Assembly (NCBI GenBank): GCA_013265495.1
Contig: MU058198.1
Location: forward strand, 3,360,419-3,424,418
Direction of reading: 5' to 3'
Source of the DNA: Vicugna vicugna
Taxonomy: Eukaryota
Length of the DNA stretch: 64,000 nt
Numbering within the stretch: position 1 is the first letter of the stretch; each line of letters opens with the position of its first letter. Below are positions 1 through 51,890 of the stretch, piece by piece. The translations under genes were made by a program, and so were the position numbers. Below the pieces are notes generated by a model that searched no databases, was not told the DNA's origin, and was given only the letters and a program-made list of their open reading frames with translations.

Positions 1-890
1 CCTTTAAGTTTAAAACGCAGTATTTAAATTGAATTAAATCAGTAACCTGTGCACTCTTGCAGGAAGGGGGCCTCCCAGCAATCATTTTCACATCTACTAT
101 GTCAAGGATGTGCTCAGTGTTTGTTCTACTGTTACTGACTTAGCTCTACTCAGTTTTCTTAACTATTAAAATCAAGACAACATGTTTCTCAGGGTTCCTG
201 AGTAAATTAAGTCTTTATGAAAAGCTCTCTATTATCTATGATGTGCCAGCAATGTATTCTTTCACTTGAAGTTAGAGAAAGTGAGGACAGAATTAGTATA
301 GGAGAGAAACCTTTTATGCAGACGAATCAAAGGGCAGTAATGAAGTTAGCAAAAACCACCATAGTAATATCATAAAAGGTATCTTTAAAAGAGAAGTAAT
401 AGTGCAAATAGTTATATAGATCATGAATACATACTCTCAGTATACTCAAGATAGGCCAATAAATACTTGTAAACTGGGATAAAACTTCCAATGATACCAG
501 CAGATTAGGACTTTAAAAACTGCTGTCTCTCAAGCCACTTAGGCAAAGATGAAGATGATATACTCAGTACAGCTGTGTTGCTGACCCAACATGACTCTGG
601 TAATAATGTTGGCACTGGTATCAAAAATGCACGTGAGAATGAAAAAGAATAACAGCATTTCTAAATTAGGATTTTTAATAGGCTTTGAATTGCTTTTAGG
701 AGGTATGTGAAAATAAAGTATTACCAGCAACATAAAAGGTATACTGCATATTAGTATACTAAGTCAACTGAAATCTACTCTGCAAGCGTCATGGACTAAG
801 TATTCTAGATGTAAATTAGTTCTTGTTTCTGAAAATGATCTTTATAGGATAGGAAAAAAATATGCCAAGCAGGATGTATCAAAATAAATA

Positions 891-896
891 TTTATT
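891..896 (-). terminator. PALB2: Candidate PALB2 polyadenylation signal AATAAA
   Basis: TTTATT on the plus strand, about 265 nt downstream of the stop codon. Confidence 0.7.
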
Positions 897-1160
897 AACA
901 TTTGAAGCTTTCTGTACACTTTTAAAAGCAAATGTGCAAATGTGAGGAATTACAAAAATCAATCCCAAACCCCTTTCCCCCAAAGTAAGTATAAACATTC
1001 AAGATCAGTAGTGCCCCCACCATCGGACTTTTCAGTCTGAATGAATACAAGTAATTATTTTAAATACCTTTCAGACAGTCTTCTTTAGAGTTACAACTCC
1101 AAGAAGTACAAAGAGGCCAAAAATATCCAGAACACCGTGTTTCCACCTTACCCTATCTTA

Positions 1161-22836
<21,676 letters not shown>

Positions 22837-23219
22837 CTGGCCGGTGGCCAACGAAAAGAGCAGCCGTCGCTGGCCCCGGGCCTGCGGACGCGAGAAGCCC
22901 GGCTGTCCCTGGGCGCCAAGGCGCCGGGGGAAGCTTTGGGGCGCCCGGGACCACCTCAGCACGCGACCAGCCGGCCCACGAGCGCCAGGCGCGCCAACAA
23001 CCGCAGCCAATTATATCCACCGCTCGGCCTGCGCACGCGCAGCCGGAGACTGCAGAGCAATGGAGCCAGGCCACCTAGCGGAGAGCCGAGCTATAGATGA
23101 GACCGCGGGCCGCCCTGAGCGGAAGTGGTGGCGCAGCCGGAAGTAGCCTTAGTCCGGGGTAGGCAGACCGGCGGGCCGACTTTGACAGGAGCCGGAGCTG
23201 TGCAGAGGAGTTGCTGGCC

Positions 23220-40459
<17,240 letters not shown>

Positions 40460-41740
40460 TGTCTCTGCCTCACGTCTTGAATTCACTTGAGCTCTAAGAT
40501 GAACTTGGGGACAAAGTGAGCCAGTTTGCATTGACAGAGAGCTCTTGTGTCTTTGACACTTCTCACCCTCCTTTTTTTTTTTCTTTCTGTTTTTTGGTTT
40601 TTGTTTTGTTTAACCCCTTATAATTTCTCAGTCCTCCCAGGCTCTAAGCTCTTAAGACTTTAATAACAGAATGTCTGGAGGAGTTGTCTCCACATGCTGT
40701 GCTTAAACCATATCTATTAACAGTCAATTCATACCATTATCTGTGGAACACAGAATCATCTGTTCCCAACACTCCCACCCCTTGGTCCTGTGGACGGCGG
40801 CTCGGAGCAGTGCACCCTGTCCCAGCGTGGAGGCTGTGATGCACGTGTGCTGCTTGTGGCCATGAGGTACCCACAGTGAGCTCCACTCACGTGGATCACT
40901 CTCAGCTTCCCTGCTGCTCACACGTTTGGCCATTTGCCACAATTGCTTATAATCTTGAGGGGAAAAAGAGAAAGTGTTCTCAGCCTTTCAGAGCCTAGAC
41001 CCCTGTTGGCTACTAAAACTTGAGGGGAGGGTGATTAGTATTCCTCCTCTTTGCAAAATGACCTTAAGTGTCATTTTAATCAGGGGGACTGATAAATGAC
41101 TTTCTGGCATTCTATTCTAGGGCCGTCGGCTTTCACTAAAAAGCGGGCCCTCAGCAGCCAGATTTTATTTTGCAGAGTCCAGGTTTGAGTCTCCCACGTG
41201 CCTAGTCTGGGCAGCCACTCCTTCCCTACCGGTATTTGGGGGCAGCAGTATATGCCTTATTTCCCTGGAGACGTAGCATTTGTGACACTTGCTCCCTGGC
41301 CTAGAACCATTCAACCCACCCTGTATTTGCCATAAACCTCACAGTTCAGACCAAAACATCTGTACTTGGGCCCAATCTCATACATATATAGGGGCCTCTT
41401 AAAACCGTTCTGTGGGCACAGAGCCCCGAGGAGTAAATGAAGTTGCCAGGGCTGTTCTTACCATCTTCTGGGTAACAGCACAGCCCTTCCTGCTGTGCTC
41501 TGGCCTCCTGGTTTGGAAGGAGGATTTAGAAATAAAGGCCTAAGAAGGTTGGTCTTGCTTAATGCTCTGGTGCTGCTGTGTGAATGGGGCAGGACAGTCC
41601 AGCCTCGAAGGTGAGGATCTAGCAGGAGCTGTCTTGACTTAATATCTGGTTGTGTGGTTTGCAAAAATAGCTGTGTGTAGTCTTCTCTGCTAGTTCAATG
41701 TCAATCTGCTTTCTGGTTTGTCATTTTTTTATGTTTGTGC

Positions 41741-41746
41741 ATTAAA
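41741..41746 (+). terminator. DCTN5: Candidate DCTN5 poly(A) signal ATTAAA
   Basis: Hexamer downstream of the DCTN5 stop, preceded by a U-rich tract. Other AATAAA hexamers lie at 41531, 43297, 45144 and 48279/48283; which is used cannot be read from sequence. Confidence 0.4.
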
Positions 41747-44700
41747 AGATCGACACATGAAACAAGTCACTTGAAGGTAATTACTCTCCACCTCCAGCGA
41801 TGGCGACCTCTCTTCCATGGGCCATTCCACTGCGTGCCTGGTGCGCTCCTGCGGGCTTTATGTTCACCTGCTTCCTTATGGCTCACATCAACCCTGTAAG
41901 GTGGATGTTATCCCCATTTTACAGATGAGGAAAAAACTGGAAGATGTTAGATCACTCGGTCCAAACCACATGGTGAAGAAGTGACTGCCCCGGGAGTCAC
42001 ATGCTTGACTGTCTGGCTCCACAACCCACTCTCTTCAGCCCTGCCGTGGTAAGATGGGACAGTCTGATGCGTCCTGTCTGATACCAGCAGTCTGTGATGG
42101 TTGCAGCTTTTTGGGGAGCCATACGCTTCAGCTCCCTTTTCCATTTGTGCCACTGAAGGTGGATCTTGGAGATGGCAGAGCTTGGGTGCACCCTAGGCTA
42201 ACTTCTTTCTCACTAGAGAGATCTTCCAGGGTGTATCTGACAGATCCCGCTCCAGCCTGGGTTCGAATACCTCCAAAAGGGGGCTTGCCACCACTGTCCA
42301 TTTTCTTTTCAACTTATTTTTTCCCCAGCTGTTTTGAGATATAACTGACATATAATTTTTTTGACTGTCCATTTTGTTGGTGAACAACTAAAATTAAGAG
42401 AAAGTGGGATGTGCGGTTTTTTTTGAATCTTTTAAAATTTTTTAAGTAATTCAAATACATGATTCCAATCCAGTTAGTAAAGAAGGGGCATACAATGAAG
42501 TAAATTTTCCGAATCCAGAATCCAGCCCCATGTTCTACTTCCCAGAGGCAACCACTCAGACAGTTTTTGCTCTCTCCTACCAGTGACTCGTCTGCACTTG
42601 GCACAAGCAGTTACACACGTACACACCAGCCTCTCTGCATTCAGACAGATGTGAGCTCACATAAGATGTGCTGTTCTGCACCTCACTGCTTTGACTTAAC
42701 AACGTATTTTCCAGATTGTTCCATTTCGGCACATACAGGTGGTAAAAACAGCAGTGGTTAACCTTTATGGTGTTACCATGGACCAAGTACTCTTCTGAGT
42801 CCTTTAGCTTTATTAATTCCTTTAATCCTTACAATAGCTACAGGGTAGGTCTAGTTTTTCTTCCCAAGAAACGGGGTAAAGTAAATGGCCCAGATTTATT
42901 CAGCTAATGTGGTGGTGGATCCGGGCGTCCTGGCCCTAGAGCCTGGACCTTTAGTCACTGTGCAGGAGTCCCCCCATGTTGTAATAACTGTCATTGTCCC
43001 AAAATCGGATCATCTGGCTGGCTCTTGCTAGACAGAAAGCTTTTTCAGACAGGCAAGGAAAAGGGGTTTGGAAATGAGTATTGGCTGAACCATCTGACAA
43101 AGTCTGCCACAGGCAGGAGGAGGCCTAGTGCCCCCTCCGAGAAGCCTGCCCCCTTGCCATGTGCCCTGTTGTCTTGTCGCTGCAGTCGTGATCTGACTAG
43201 TTAAATGGGAGCGGGTCCCTTGGGAGAACTGTCTTGCTTGCAGCCATTGAATGGTGTCTTACAATTCTGTACCACATGGCTGGCATCCTATAAAGGAATA
43301 AACAAACTAGATTAGACAAAAATCCAATTAGAATGCTTTGTTGCAAGCGACAGAAATCCAGCTTGAACCAATTTAATCATAAAAGGGGTTTTATTGGCTT
43401 ACACAACAAATCATGGAGAAGACTAGTTTGAGAAGCCGTGTAACATGAACCTTGGGCAGGTTACTTCGTCTCTCTGTGCCCTCGCATCTAAGCTGTATGG
43501 TGGGAGGGACAATAGCATCCCGGAGAGTTTATTAAATGAGATACTACGTGTAGATATTAAGGAATTCCTGGCACTTAGAAGCATTCTGTAAGTAATAACC
43601 TATTATCAGTGCAGGGACAACCATACCTAGAGATTTCAACCCCATCAGGGCTCTTTGTTTTTATCTTTTTCATCTTTAGTAAAAGTATAGACCAGGCTGC
43701 TGTAATAAAGAGACCATCAAAATATAGTGGCAAAAGTCGATTTCAGTACAAGGTAGAAGGTTATTTCTCTCACCTGTGCAGCAATAGGCATGGGGTCCAG
43801 GGCAGGAAGGTGGCTGGGCTCCATGATGTCATCTGGCACCCAGGTTCCCATCTTGTCACATGGCCACGCTGAGCTGCAAGGGAGGCTGTAAATTTAGTGT
43901 CTAGTTGGGCAGCCAAGAGTCTGAGGAAGGAGATTCTGGGAGTAAAGAGGAGAGGGAGAGAATGGATGCAGGGAGACAGCCAGCAGACTCGCCCAGGCCT
44001 GGGTGTTGGCTTCCTTTTCTGCTGCTGCCACTGGGCTTTCTCCATGCACTGGGGCACGTGGCAGCTGACAGCTCCAGACTTGCATCCTCCCAGCTTGGGG
44101 GCCCTGAAAGAAAGATTTCTTCCCTCCAGTTCTAATTTGGAAAAATCTCAGAGAAAGGTTCTCACTGGTTTGTCGGGAATCCCGTGCCCTCTTGGATCAG
44201 TCGCTGTGGCCAAGGACGTGTGGCCCTGTGATTAACCCGATCCAGGTCATGGCCTTTCCTCCATCCCCCCACGGTGGAGAAACAGCAGAGCCCATTTCCA
44301 AAACAGAGTGTTGGGAAGACAAAAACAATACCTATTACAAATAGTAAACAAGTCTATCATTGTGGACTGATACGGTTTGAAAGCATGTTGACAGTCGTGT
44401 GTGTCCTGGGAGAAGCCAGCTGGACTCTGTCTCCATGGTGGCTCTCACCCCAGGGACAGTCTATCACCAGACGGTTACTTTTATTACCACAGAGAAGAAA
44501 ATCTCTTTGTCCTCATAATACTCCCAGAAGAGCAGGCAGATGGAAGAGACCTTGGTTGGTTAGGGCAGAGGGGCTAGTTGGCTCATGTAGCTGATAGGGC
44601 CAAGTCTAGATGTGGCTTCAGGCTGGATTCTAGGACTGACCACAGCATCAGCAGGCAGCTGTCTCTCTTCAGCTCTTGACTCTGCTTTCTTGTGAACTGG

Positions 44701-47458
44701 CTTCATTCTCAAGGCTTTACAATGTGACCCTGTAGCTTCAGTTGTTGATAGAAAGAGCTCCTCTTCCCTGATAAAACCCCTGGACCTGTCTCTCATTGGT
44801 CCAAATCGAGGAGGTATCCAGACTCAAGTAACCACTGTGGCCAGGAAGATGGGATACACTGATGGGCTGGGCCTGGGACGTGAACCCACATGGACTGAGA
44901 CTTGGTAGTTGAGGGTGATTTTACCAGAAGAGGAGAAGAATGGGTGCTGGGCAGGAAGAATCATCAGGTGTCAAGTTCAGAACTTTCCCTTTCTCTGGAC
45001 ATCTTCACTTTTCTCCGTCTCCCTTCCCAGCCTTAGCCCCTCAATCCCTCATTACTCTTGGTCTTGGGGAGTACCTTCTGAGGGGTACCTGGGCCTGGAT
45101 TAGCAGCACAGAGAGGATGTTGCTTAGCCAAAGTAGGGTGTTCAATAAAGAGCCATCTGAAGGTGCTCTTCTTCCTGAAACTGCTTCCTCGTGGACCCCA
45201 TAGCACCTTATTGCCGGTGTGTATGTGTGTGTGTGTGTTGGGGGATCCTTGTCAACGTCTAGGTGGAATTGTAGTTGTGTCCCTGTGTTCCTATCTGAGC
45301 CCACGCTAGCTGTGAGCTCCTAAGAGGGCAGACATGAGCCTGTGGTATCCAGCACATACTTAATGGGGTGATTACCTGGATGTGGGTCCTTCTCCCCCTA
45401 GTTTCCACCCTACCCTAGATAAGTCTCATGTTGCAGGATCCTGGGTGCTGGGAACAAGGCTGAATGGTTGACTTGTGAGCCTCCTGTTGACCGATTCTGT
45501 TCCATGTAGCTGCACAGGGACCTTGTGGTTGATTGGGATCTGTGGTGGCTTCTGAATTAGTCACTTCTGCATGAGCCAGTTCACTCAGAGCCCAGGCCGC
45601 AGCCCCATTCTTAGTCACTCTGGCCCATCTGGGTGATGGCAGACTTGGAATGAATCAGACAAACATTGCTCCTGTTAACACATCCTTGGCAGTTTCTCAG
45701 CTATAAAGCAGGGATCTTGCTGGCTAGGGAGGCCTTTCTTGGTATCTTGATCTGGCTGGTGAGAGCCCTCAGGGTGTCCAGAACGCAGAGCTCAGCCGTG
45801 TTCTGACTTGCCCTCAGCTGTTCTCCAGGACAGACTGCATCTAACAAAACTGGGTGGTTGCTGTGCGTGGTCAGATCTAGCTGGCTGATCTCCTAGGGGT
45901 AGCTTCTATGGAGCTGTGAGGCTCCTGAAATGGCAGGGCTGAAACAGTGTGTTCAGTGGTCTGGTAGTTTCAAAACAGGTGTCAGCAAAATGTCCTGCCA
46001 GCATGGACCAGTTCCCATAGGTCCATGATCACTGAAACCCTGCTAAAGCCCCAGTGATGGGGTTGTGCTTTTGTAGAACATATACTTGCTGCTCTTTAGG
46101 GATAGGAAGTGGGGGCCCTGACCACATGCTATGTCACTCGTATATTCATTTGACAAGTACTTACTGTGCCACTACTGAGTGCCAGGCACTGCCCTCGTGG
46201 AGCGTAAGACAGAACCAGTCCCTGCCTGCAGGGATCTTACAGCTTAGCCAAGGGAACAAAGTAGACTTCTCTGATGGAGGCCTGAGGGGCCCTTCTTGAG
46301 GGTGACCCTAGCAGCGAAGGGTGTGGGTGCTGGGGGCAGCAGATCAAGTCCCAGCACTGCTTGTGCCTTTCAGGGAGTTATCTCGCCTTGTGGAACCTCA
46401 GATTTCTCATCCTTAAAATGGGGAAGATGTGTCAGGGTTGTTACGATGATTAAATGCATTCATACATGAGAATCATGAGTACAGGCTCATGGTGAGCGCT
46501 CGGTAAGCGGTACAACTGCTGTTACTAGGACGGCGGCACCTATAGCATACTAGGTGTGTTATACTATTATGTAGACCTTCCACTATTATTAGGAAGTGAA
46601 ACCCTACAAGGTGCAGCATTCCTAGATTTTTTAAAAATTTAAAATGAAATTAAGACCACCTTTCCCTTTATAACTGGTTCACTATAAAGAGGAGATGGGG
46701 AAAAGAAATCACCCGTCCTTGCTTTGCATCTAGGGGGTGCGAGGCACTTCTTAGAAAACGTTTACTCCTCCCAACCGTCAAAAAAGTAGGGGTTTTTACA
46801 ACCCATTATATAGACAAGGAAACCAATCTTCAGAGAGGTTAAGTAAATTTGCCCAATGTCACATAGCTAATTAATGGCTGAGCGGGAATCAAAGCCAAGT
46901 CTTCCCTGGCTGCAAAGTCCATGTTTTATGCAGCAAAGCACTTGGCCCTGAGGACTATACTTGCTGCTCTGTCAAGTTAGTCCTTTGCTTTCCTGCAGTT
47001 TCTGCCGGTGGGTCAGCCACACCTGCTTTTATTATGCACTCTGACCCTTACCCTGAAGTGAGAAGAGATAGCACAGACGTCCAGCTTCCCTGAGGAGGCT
47101 AAATAGCCTTTTCTGTATCTTCAAGTCCAGTGGGCGTCAGGCAGACGGTTGGTGCATATGATAATCAGTCAAGAAAGAGACACGGGAACGGAGTCCACAC
47201 CTCTCTGGCCTTCAGACCTTAGCTCTGAAGCCCATGGGTGTTCTTGGTCCTACCAACTTGTCTCTTCAGCTGCATTCATCTCAGCCTTTGCTGTCTGCTG
47301 GGTGCACTTTGTGACTTCCGATGGAAGTAGCAAAAGCCTGAGGAAGCAATGTGGCCAGAGGAGAGGGGAGAAAAAGGAAATGTGAGAAGCCCAGGAACTG
47401 AAAAGGCCTGTTGATGACTTTAAGCAACTTGGGAATAGGCACAAGTTCTTTTTATTTC

Positions 47459-47514
47459 AATAATAATAACCACCACCACCACCACCACCATCACCATCAC
47501 CATCACCACCACCA
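47459..47514. repeat. (AAT)n(CAC/CAT)n microsatellite at a MIR tail
   Basis: Read directly. Confidence 0.85.
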
Positions 47515-49785
47515 TGTACTTGGTCCTACTTGAAGTACTGTGCTCATAGAATCTCTTCACAAGAACCTTAGGAGATAGGCACATAACCTCCTAGATAGAA
47601 TCCTAGGAGATGAGTGCTATAATTACCCTCATTTATAGACCTGGAAATTGAGGCACAGAGAGGTTAAGTCACTTGCCTGAGGTCACACAGCTAGTCAGGG
47701 GTGGGGCTGGTGTTTGAGATCAGGATTTTTTTAGTCCATGAGTTTAACCAACACATCACATTGCTTTTTGGTAGGAGGGAGGGAGTGAGGGAGTGAGCAA
47801 GTGAACCAAATGAGTCTGGGATTTGGTTCTTGCCAGACAGACAAGGCCCTGAGAGGCCATGTGCAGACAGGTGTGCTTTGGAGTCAGCAGAGTTGGGTCG
47901 AAATTCAGACTCTGCTACCACTTCTTGACTGCCTGACCTTGGGCAAGTAACGGAATACAGAAGTACTTATTTCCTCATCTTCAAATGGGAATAGTAGTCC
48001 TTTTCTCCTGGTGTCTTTGGGTGGATTCGAGGTAATTTCTGTAAAGCTCTTGGCCTCATGCCTGGTGTGTAGTGGGTCCGTAAGGGCTTGTTGTTAGCAT
48101 TGTTATTGCTGGTCCTGTGCGGATGGACTGGCTTTGAATGGCCCAGCTGCAGCCGTACAAAACTGAAACTCGACGTTGACAAGGACTAGGAGGGACTGTG
48201 AAAGCAGCTGTTAAAGGATGAAAGGGAATTACAGTTTCTTCAATGCTTCATCATTTTTAAAGTAAACATTCCTAATGGAATAAATAAAACACACTTGAAG
48301 TTGCAGTAGGTGCTCAACAAGCCTTTGAATGAAATGAAAAACACTCTAAATTTTTTTTAATTTAATTCGATTTAATTGCTTAAAATATGATAGTGGATAC
48401 CCTTGGCTGGTTGTTACTGAAAGGGGGCCTGTGCAAAAAGAATGAACACTGCAGGCCTGTAATGATAACCCTGTAGGTGCTGAATTTACTGCCAGGGGGT
48501 TGAATAAATTTGTAATGAAAAAAAATGGGAAGTTTTTTTTTTTAAATGCCTTTGTCTTTTGTGGCTATTGTATCTGAGTTTATGATAAAATTGATTTAAA
48601 ATGTTACATGCTTGTAATTTCATAAATGCTAGAGGAACCATCTCAAACTAACATGCAAGAATACAATAAAATTAAGAAGGTGTTGGTGGGATACAGCTTC
48701 CTTGCTTTTGCCATTGGTGGATGGGTTGGAATTTAAATTCTTTGGATATTGGAACCAGAACAAGTCTCCATAACCAATGATTTTCTCTGTGACTTGTGTC
48801 TGTTGGAGCCTCTGGAAAGAGGGTGATGACATGAAAAGAGAGGCAATCTCTGGATGGAAATATACATTTGTATTCGAAAAAGCAGTTAAATTGCTAATGA
48901 GCCTCTGTTGAAATCAAATATCTGACCCTTAGAAGCTGATGACTGTCCAGTCTGATGTACATATTTTTGAGTGGGTCAGTTTGGGCTCCAAGACTGACAA
49001 GATAAAAAGGAACCTTGCTGCTGCTTGGACGTGGACCATGGCTGTCTGGCATTGCAGCATACCTTTGCTGCTGCCGAAGAAAAGCACCTGGCTTGTTTGG
49101 AACCCCAAATTCACTGATCCTAGTTGCCTGGACCCAACTCTAAGCTGACCCCTGATACTGGCTGTCATGCACTGTTTCAGCCTCAGCAGAAGCTATACTC
49201 AACTGAAAGCAGACTCGGGCTCCGTGAATAGGACACAGATGCTGGGACCACTGGAGATTTAGGACTCCTCCAGTAGGGCTCTAAATGATGAAAACATACA
49301 TCATGGATGCTGGCTGTACCACCTGAGTCACGTACAGATGCCCATGGGAAAGCGTCTGTTCTCTGATGAGACCATCTGAAACCAAGCTGCTGATCAGCTC
49401 TTTATATCTGATGCCGAGGCGAATTGCATCCTGACTTGTGATCCCTGCCAAAAGCTGCAAGTGAGAGGAGGGCACATCACAGGGGCTCTGACTCTTCCAC
49501 CCGCTTTTGACAGATCAGGCTCTGGGCCTTCTCTGGGGGATGGCTCGCTGCTGCTGACCGGTGTGTTCGGCATTCTGGATTAGTTGCATTTTGCTACAGA
49601 TAGCCTGTGACTTTGATTCTGCCTCCTCACCTCTCCCTCAGTATACACACCTTAGTAAGGTAGGTTGATTATTCAGTGTAGCTGTCTCCAGAAAGGGACT
49701 GATCTTTTCTAGGCTGTCCCTGGTTAACAGGGGTGGGAGGTTATGTAAACCCACTTCGAAATTTTTTAAATTCAGGATTTCATCC

Positions 49786-50183
49786 TCTTATTGGTTTGTT
49801 AGGGCTGCTATGACAAAATAGCACAGACGTGGTGGCTTGCTGGTGTTTAAGCCACCAATAGAAATGTGTTTTCCCACAGTTCTAGAAGCTAAAAGTCCAA
49901 GATCAAGGTGTCGGCATGTTTCTCCTAAGGCTTCTCTCCTTGGCTTGCAGATGGCAGCCTTCTCAACTCTGTGTTCCACGTGGTTGTCTCTCTGTGTTGT
50001 CTGTCTCCTAATCTCTTCTTAGAAGAACACCAGTCATATTGGATTAGGGCCCACCCAGATGGCCTCATTTTTCTTTAATCATCTCTTTAAAGGCTGTATC
50101 TCCAAGTACAGTCACATTCTGAGGTACTGACCATTAGGACTTCAACATGTAAATTTGGAAAAAACACAATTCAGCCCATAGCC
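49786..50183 (-). mobile_element. MLT1B-like MaLR solo LTR inserted in the MER68 internal region
   Basis: Reverse complement reads TATGGGCTGAATTGTG...ATGTTGAAGTCCTAA...GGTGGGCCCTAATCCAATATGACTGGTG; TSD CATCC/TATCC. Confidence 0.8.
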
Positions 50184-51184
50184 TATCCGAATCAATTCCT
50201 GAATCTGTCTTTCTGGTTCAATTGTATTAAAATGTTTATCTGCAAAAATACTTCTGTGCCTCTTGCATATAGCCCTTCTGGATGAAAGTCCTGGATGAGA
50301 ATAATAGGTGATGGAAAAAATATAAAGTTAGGATCGCTGATCTCTGGGGCATGTTGATTTTGTAACAATGAGAAAAAACAGAAACCTGGCACCTAGAGAG
50401 CTTTGGGGAGCTTGGGGGAACGTTTATGATCTTGGTCAGAACTGATCTGGAAGCTTTCTCCTCTTTATGAAGGAAAACTCCTGGCACTGCCTTTCCATGC
50501 TTGAGAATGCTTTCGGTTCAGATGGCTGAGCCTGTGATCATCCCTGTGCTGAGAATGTGACAACAGAAGGGGCCTGGCTCCTGTACTTTCCATACAGAAC
50601 ACCTTTCAGTGTCTCCCACACTCACGAGATCACGAGCTGAGTAACCTGGTTTCCTGGACAAACAAGATTGTTTGGAACTGACTGTCTTCAGGCACTCTCT
50701 CAGAAGCTAAGGACTGGATGAATTTCTCAGACTGGACTGGAGACTTGTGCAGGAGGCCCCAAGGCAGGAGGCTGCAGTAGAGGGGGTTCCTGATAACCTG
50801 TACGGCCTGCCTAGCGTACGCTCTAGTTGAGGTATTCTAACATGAACTCGTTTTCAGTGATCACATGTACCCTTTGGAATTGCACCTCGTCTCTGCACTA
50901 TCACCACGCTGCCTCAGCCCTGGAAGGCTTCGGGTCAGCTTGAATTTACCGGCCACAGCTGTGCTGTGCCTGAGTCAATGCCGTGCGCCAGGTAAAAACG
51001 AGTCATGCAGAAACTGAGGAGGAGGCCGCCTGGCTTTCTAAGATAAACTTTTATGGTTAGTGGGATTTACATTAATTGGCATAACTGAGACCATATTGCA
51101 GGTTGGCCTCATCCTTGTGTTTGGGGTCCTACCGATGATAATTTTGCTCTAAAGAAGACTTGGCCGGAGACCAAGGGGGTGGAC

Positions 51185-51734
51185 TGTGCAGAAAAGAGCC
51201 AAGAAAGCAGGCCTGAGACTGCCCTCCTTCGGAAGACCGCTTGCAAGTTGGCCCTCGGCTGGCATCTGGGTGCTTGGATTTCAGGAGGGTTCTCACCATT
51301 CCCTAAATGATCAGCGTTGATCACTGGGCCTAAACTGTGCAAACGGTGTGGCTTATGTGGCGCACCTGCTTTCCTTCCAGGAACCTGGAATTTTGGCGTG
51401 TGCTAGGCAGAGGGTGCCTGCGTGACCAGCCTCTAGTAAAAGCCCTGGTGCCGGGTCTCTAACGAGCATCCCTGGTAGACAGCACTTCACACGTCATGCT
51501 CATTGCTGGAGGAATTACATGTGGCCTGTGTGACTGTACTGGGAGAGGACTCGGGGAAGCTTGGGCTGGTTTCCTCTGGATTTTGCCCTATGCACCTTTT
51601 CCCTTTGCTGATTTTGGTTTGTAGCCTTTCGCTGTGATAAATGATAGCCTTCTCTAAGTAGGTCTCTATGCTGAGTCCTGTGGGTCTCCTAGCGAATCAT
51701 CAAATTGGGGCGTGGTCTTGGGGCCCCCAACACA
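51185..51734 (+). mobile_element. MER68-like LTR (3' LTR)
   Basis: TG...CA termini (TGTGCAG...CCCCCAACACA), 550 bp; resembles the MER68 consensus as I recall it (not searched). Confidence 0.8.
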
Positions 51735-51890
51735 GGGCACAAGGGGGACTTCTGGGATGTTGGTAGTGTTCCCTTTCTCAGTCTGGGTGCTGTTTACATG
51801 GGGTGTCTTTGGTTTGTGAGAATTCACTGAGCTGTACAACCAAGACAGGTATGCTTTTTTGGTATATAGATTCAACTTTATAAAAAGATA
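51735..51890 (+). mobile_element. Ancient L1ME-type 3' end split by the provirus (left part about 48385-48429)
   Basis: GATAGTGGATACCCTTGG...GAAAGGGGGCC on the left rejoins GGGCACAAGGGGGACTTCTGGGATGTTGG...GAATTCACTGAGCTGTAC on the right, a typical L1ME 3' UTR. Confidence 0.6.

Larger units (their letters stand above)
48430..51734 (+). mobile_element. Internally deleted MER68-type (ERVL/class III) provirus: 5' LTR stub, degraded pol, env-TM remnant, PPT and 3' LTR
   Basis: 5' stub TGTGCAAAAAGAATGAACACTGCAGGCCTG matches the 3' LTR start TGTGCAGAAAAGAGCCAAGAAAGCAGGCCTG. 5-bp TSD GGGCC/GGGCA. Pol-like fragments: CWSLWKE, KQLNC**ASVEIKYLT, DAHGK..NQAADQL, CDPCQK. Purine-rich PPT 51166-51184. Confidence 0.8.

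Noticed and set aside
530..660. Possible snoRNA or pseudogene fragment (ATGA...CTGA-like words, short acidic frame GKDEDDILST...)
   Set aside because: No proper C box with terminal stem, not in an intron of any gene I can see, and no recognisable homology.
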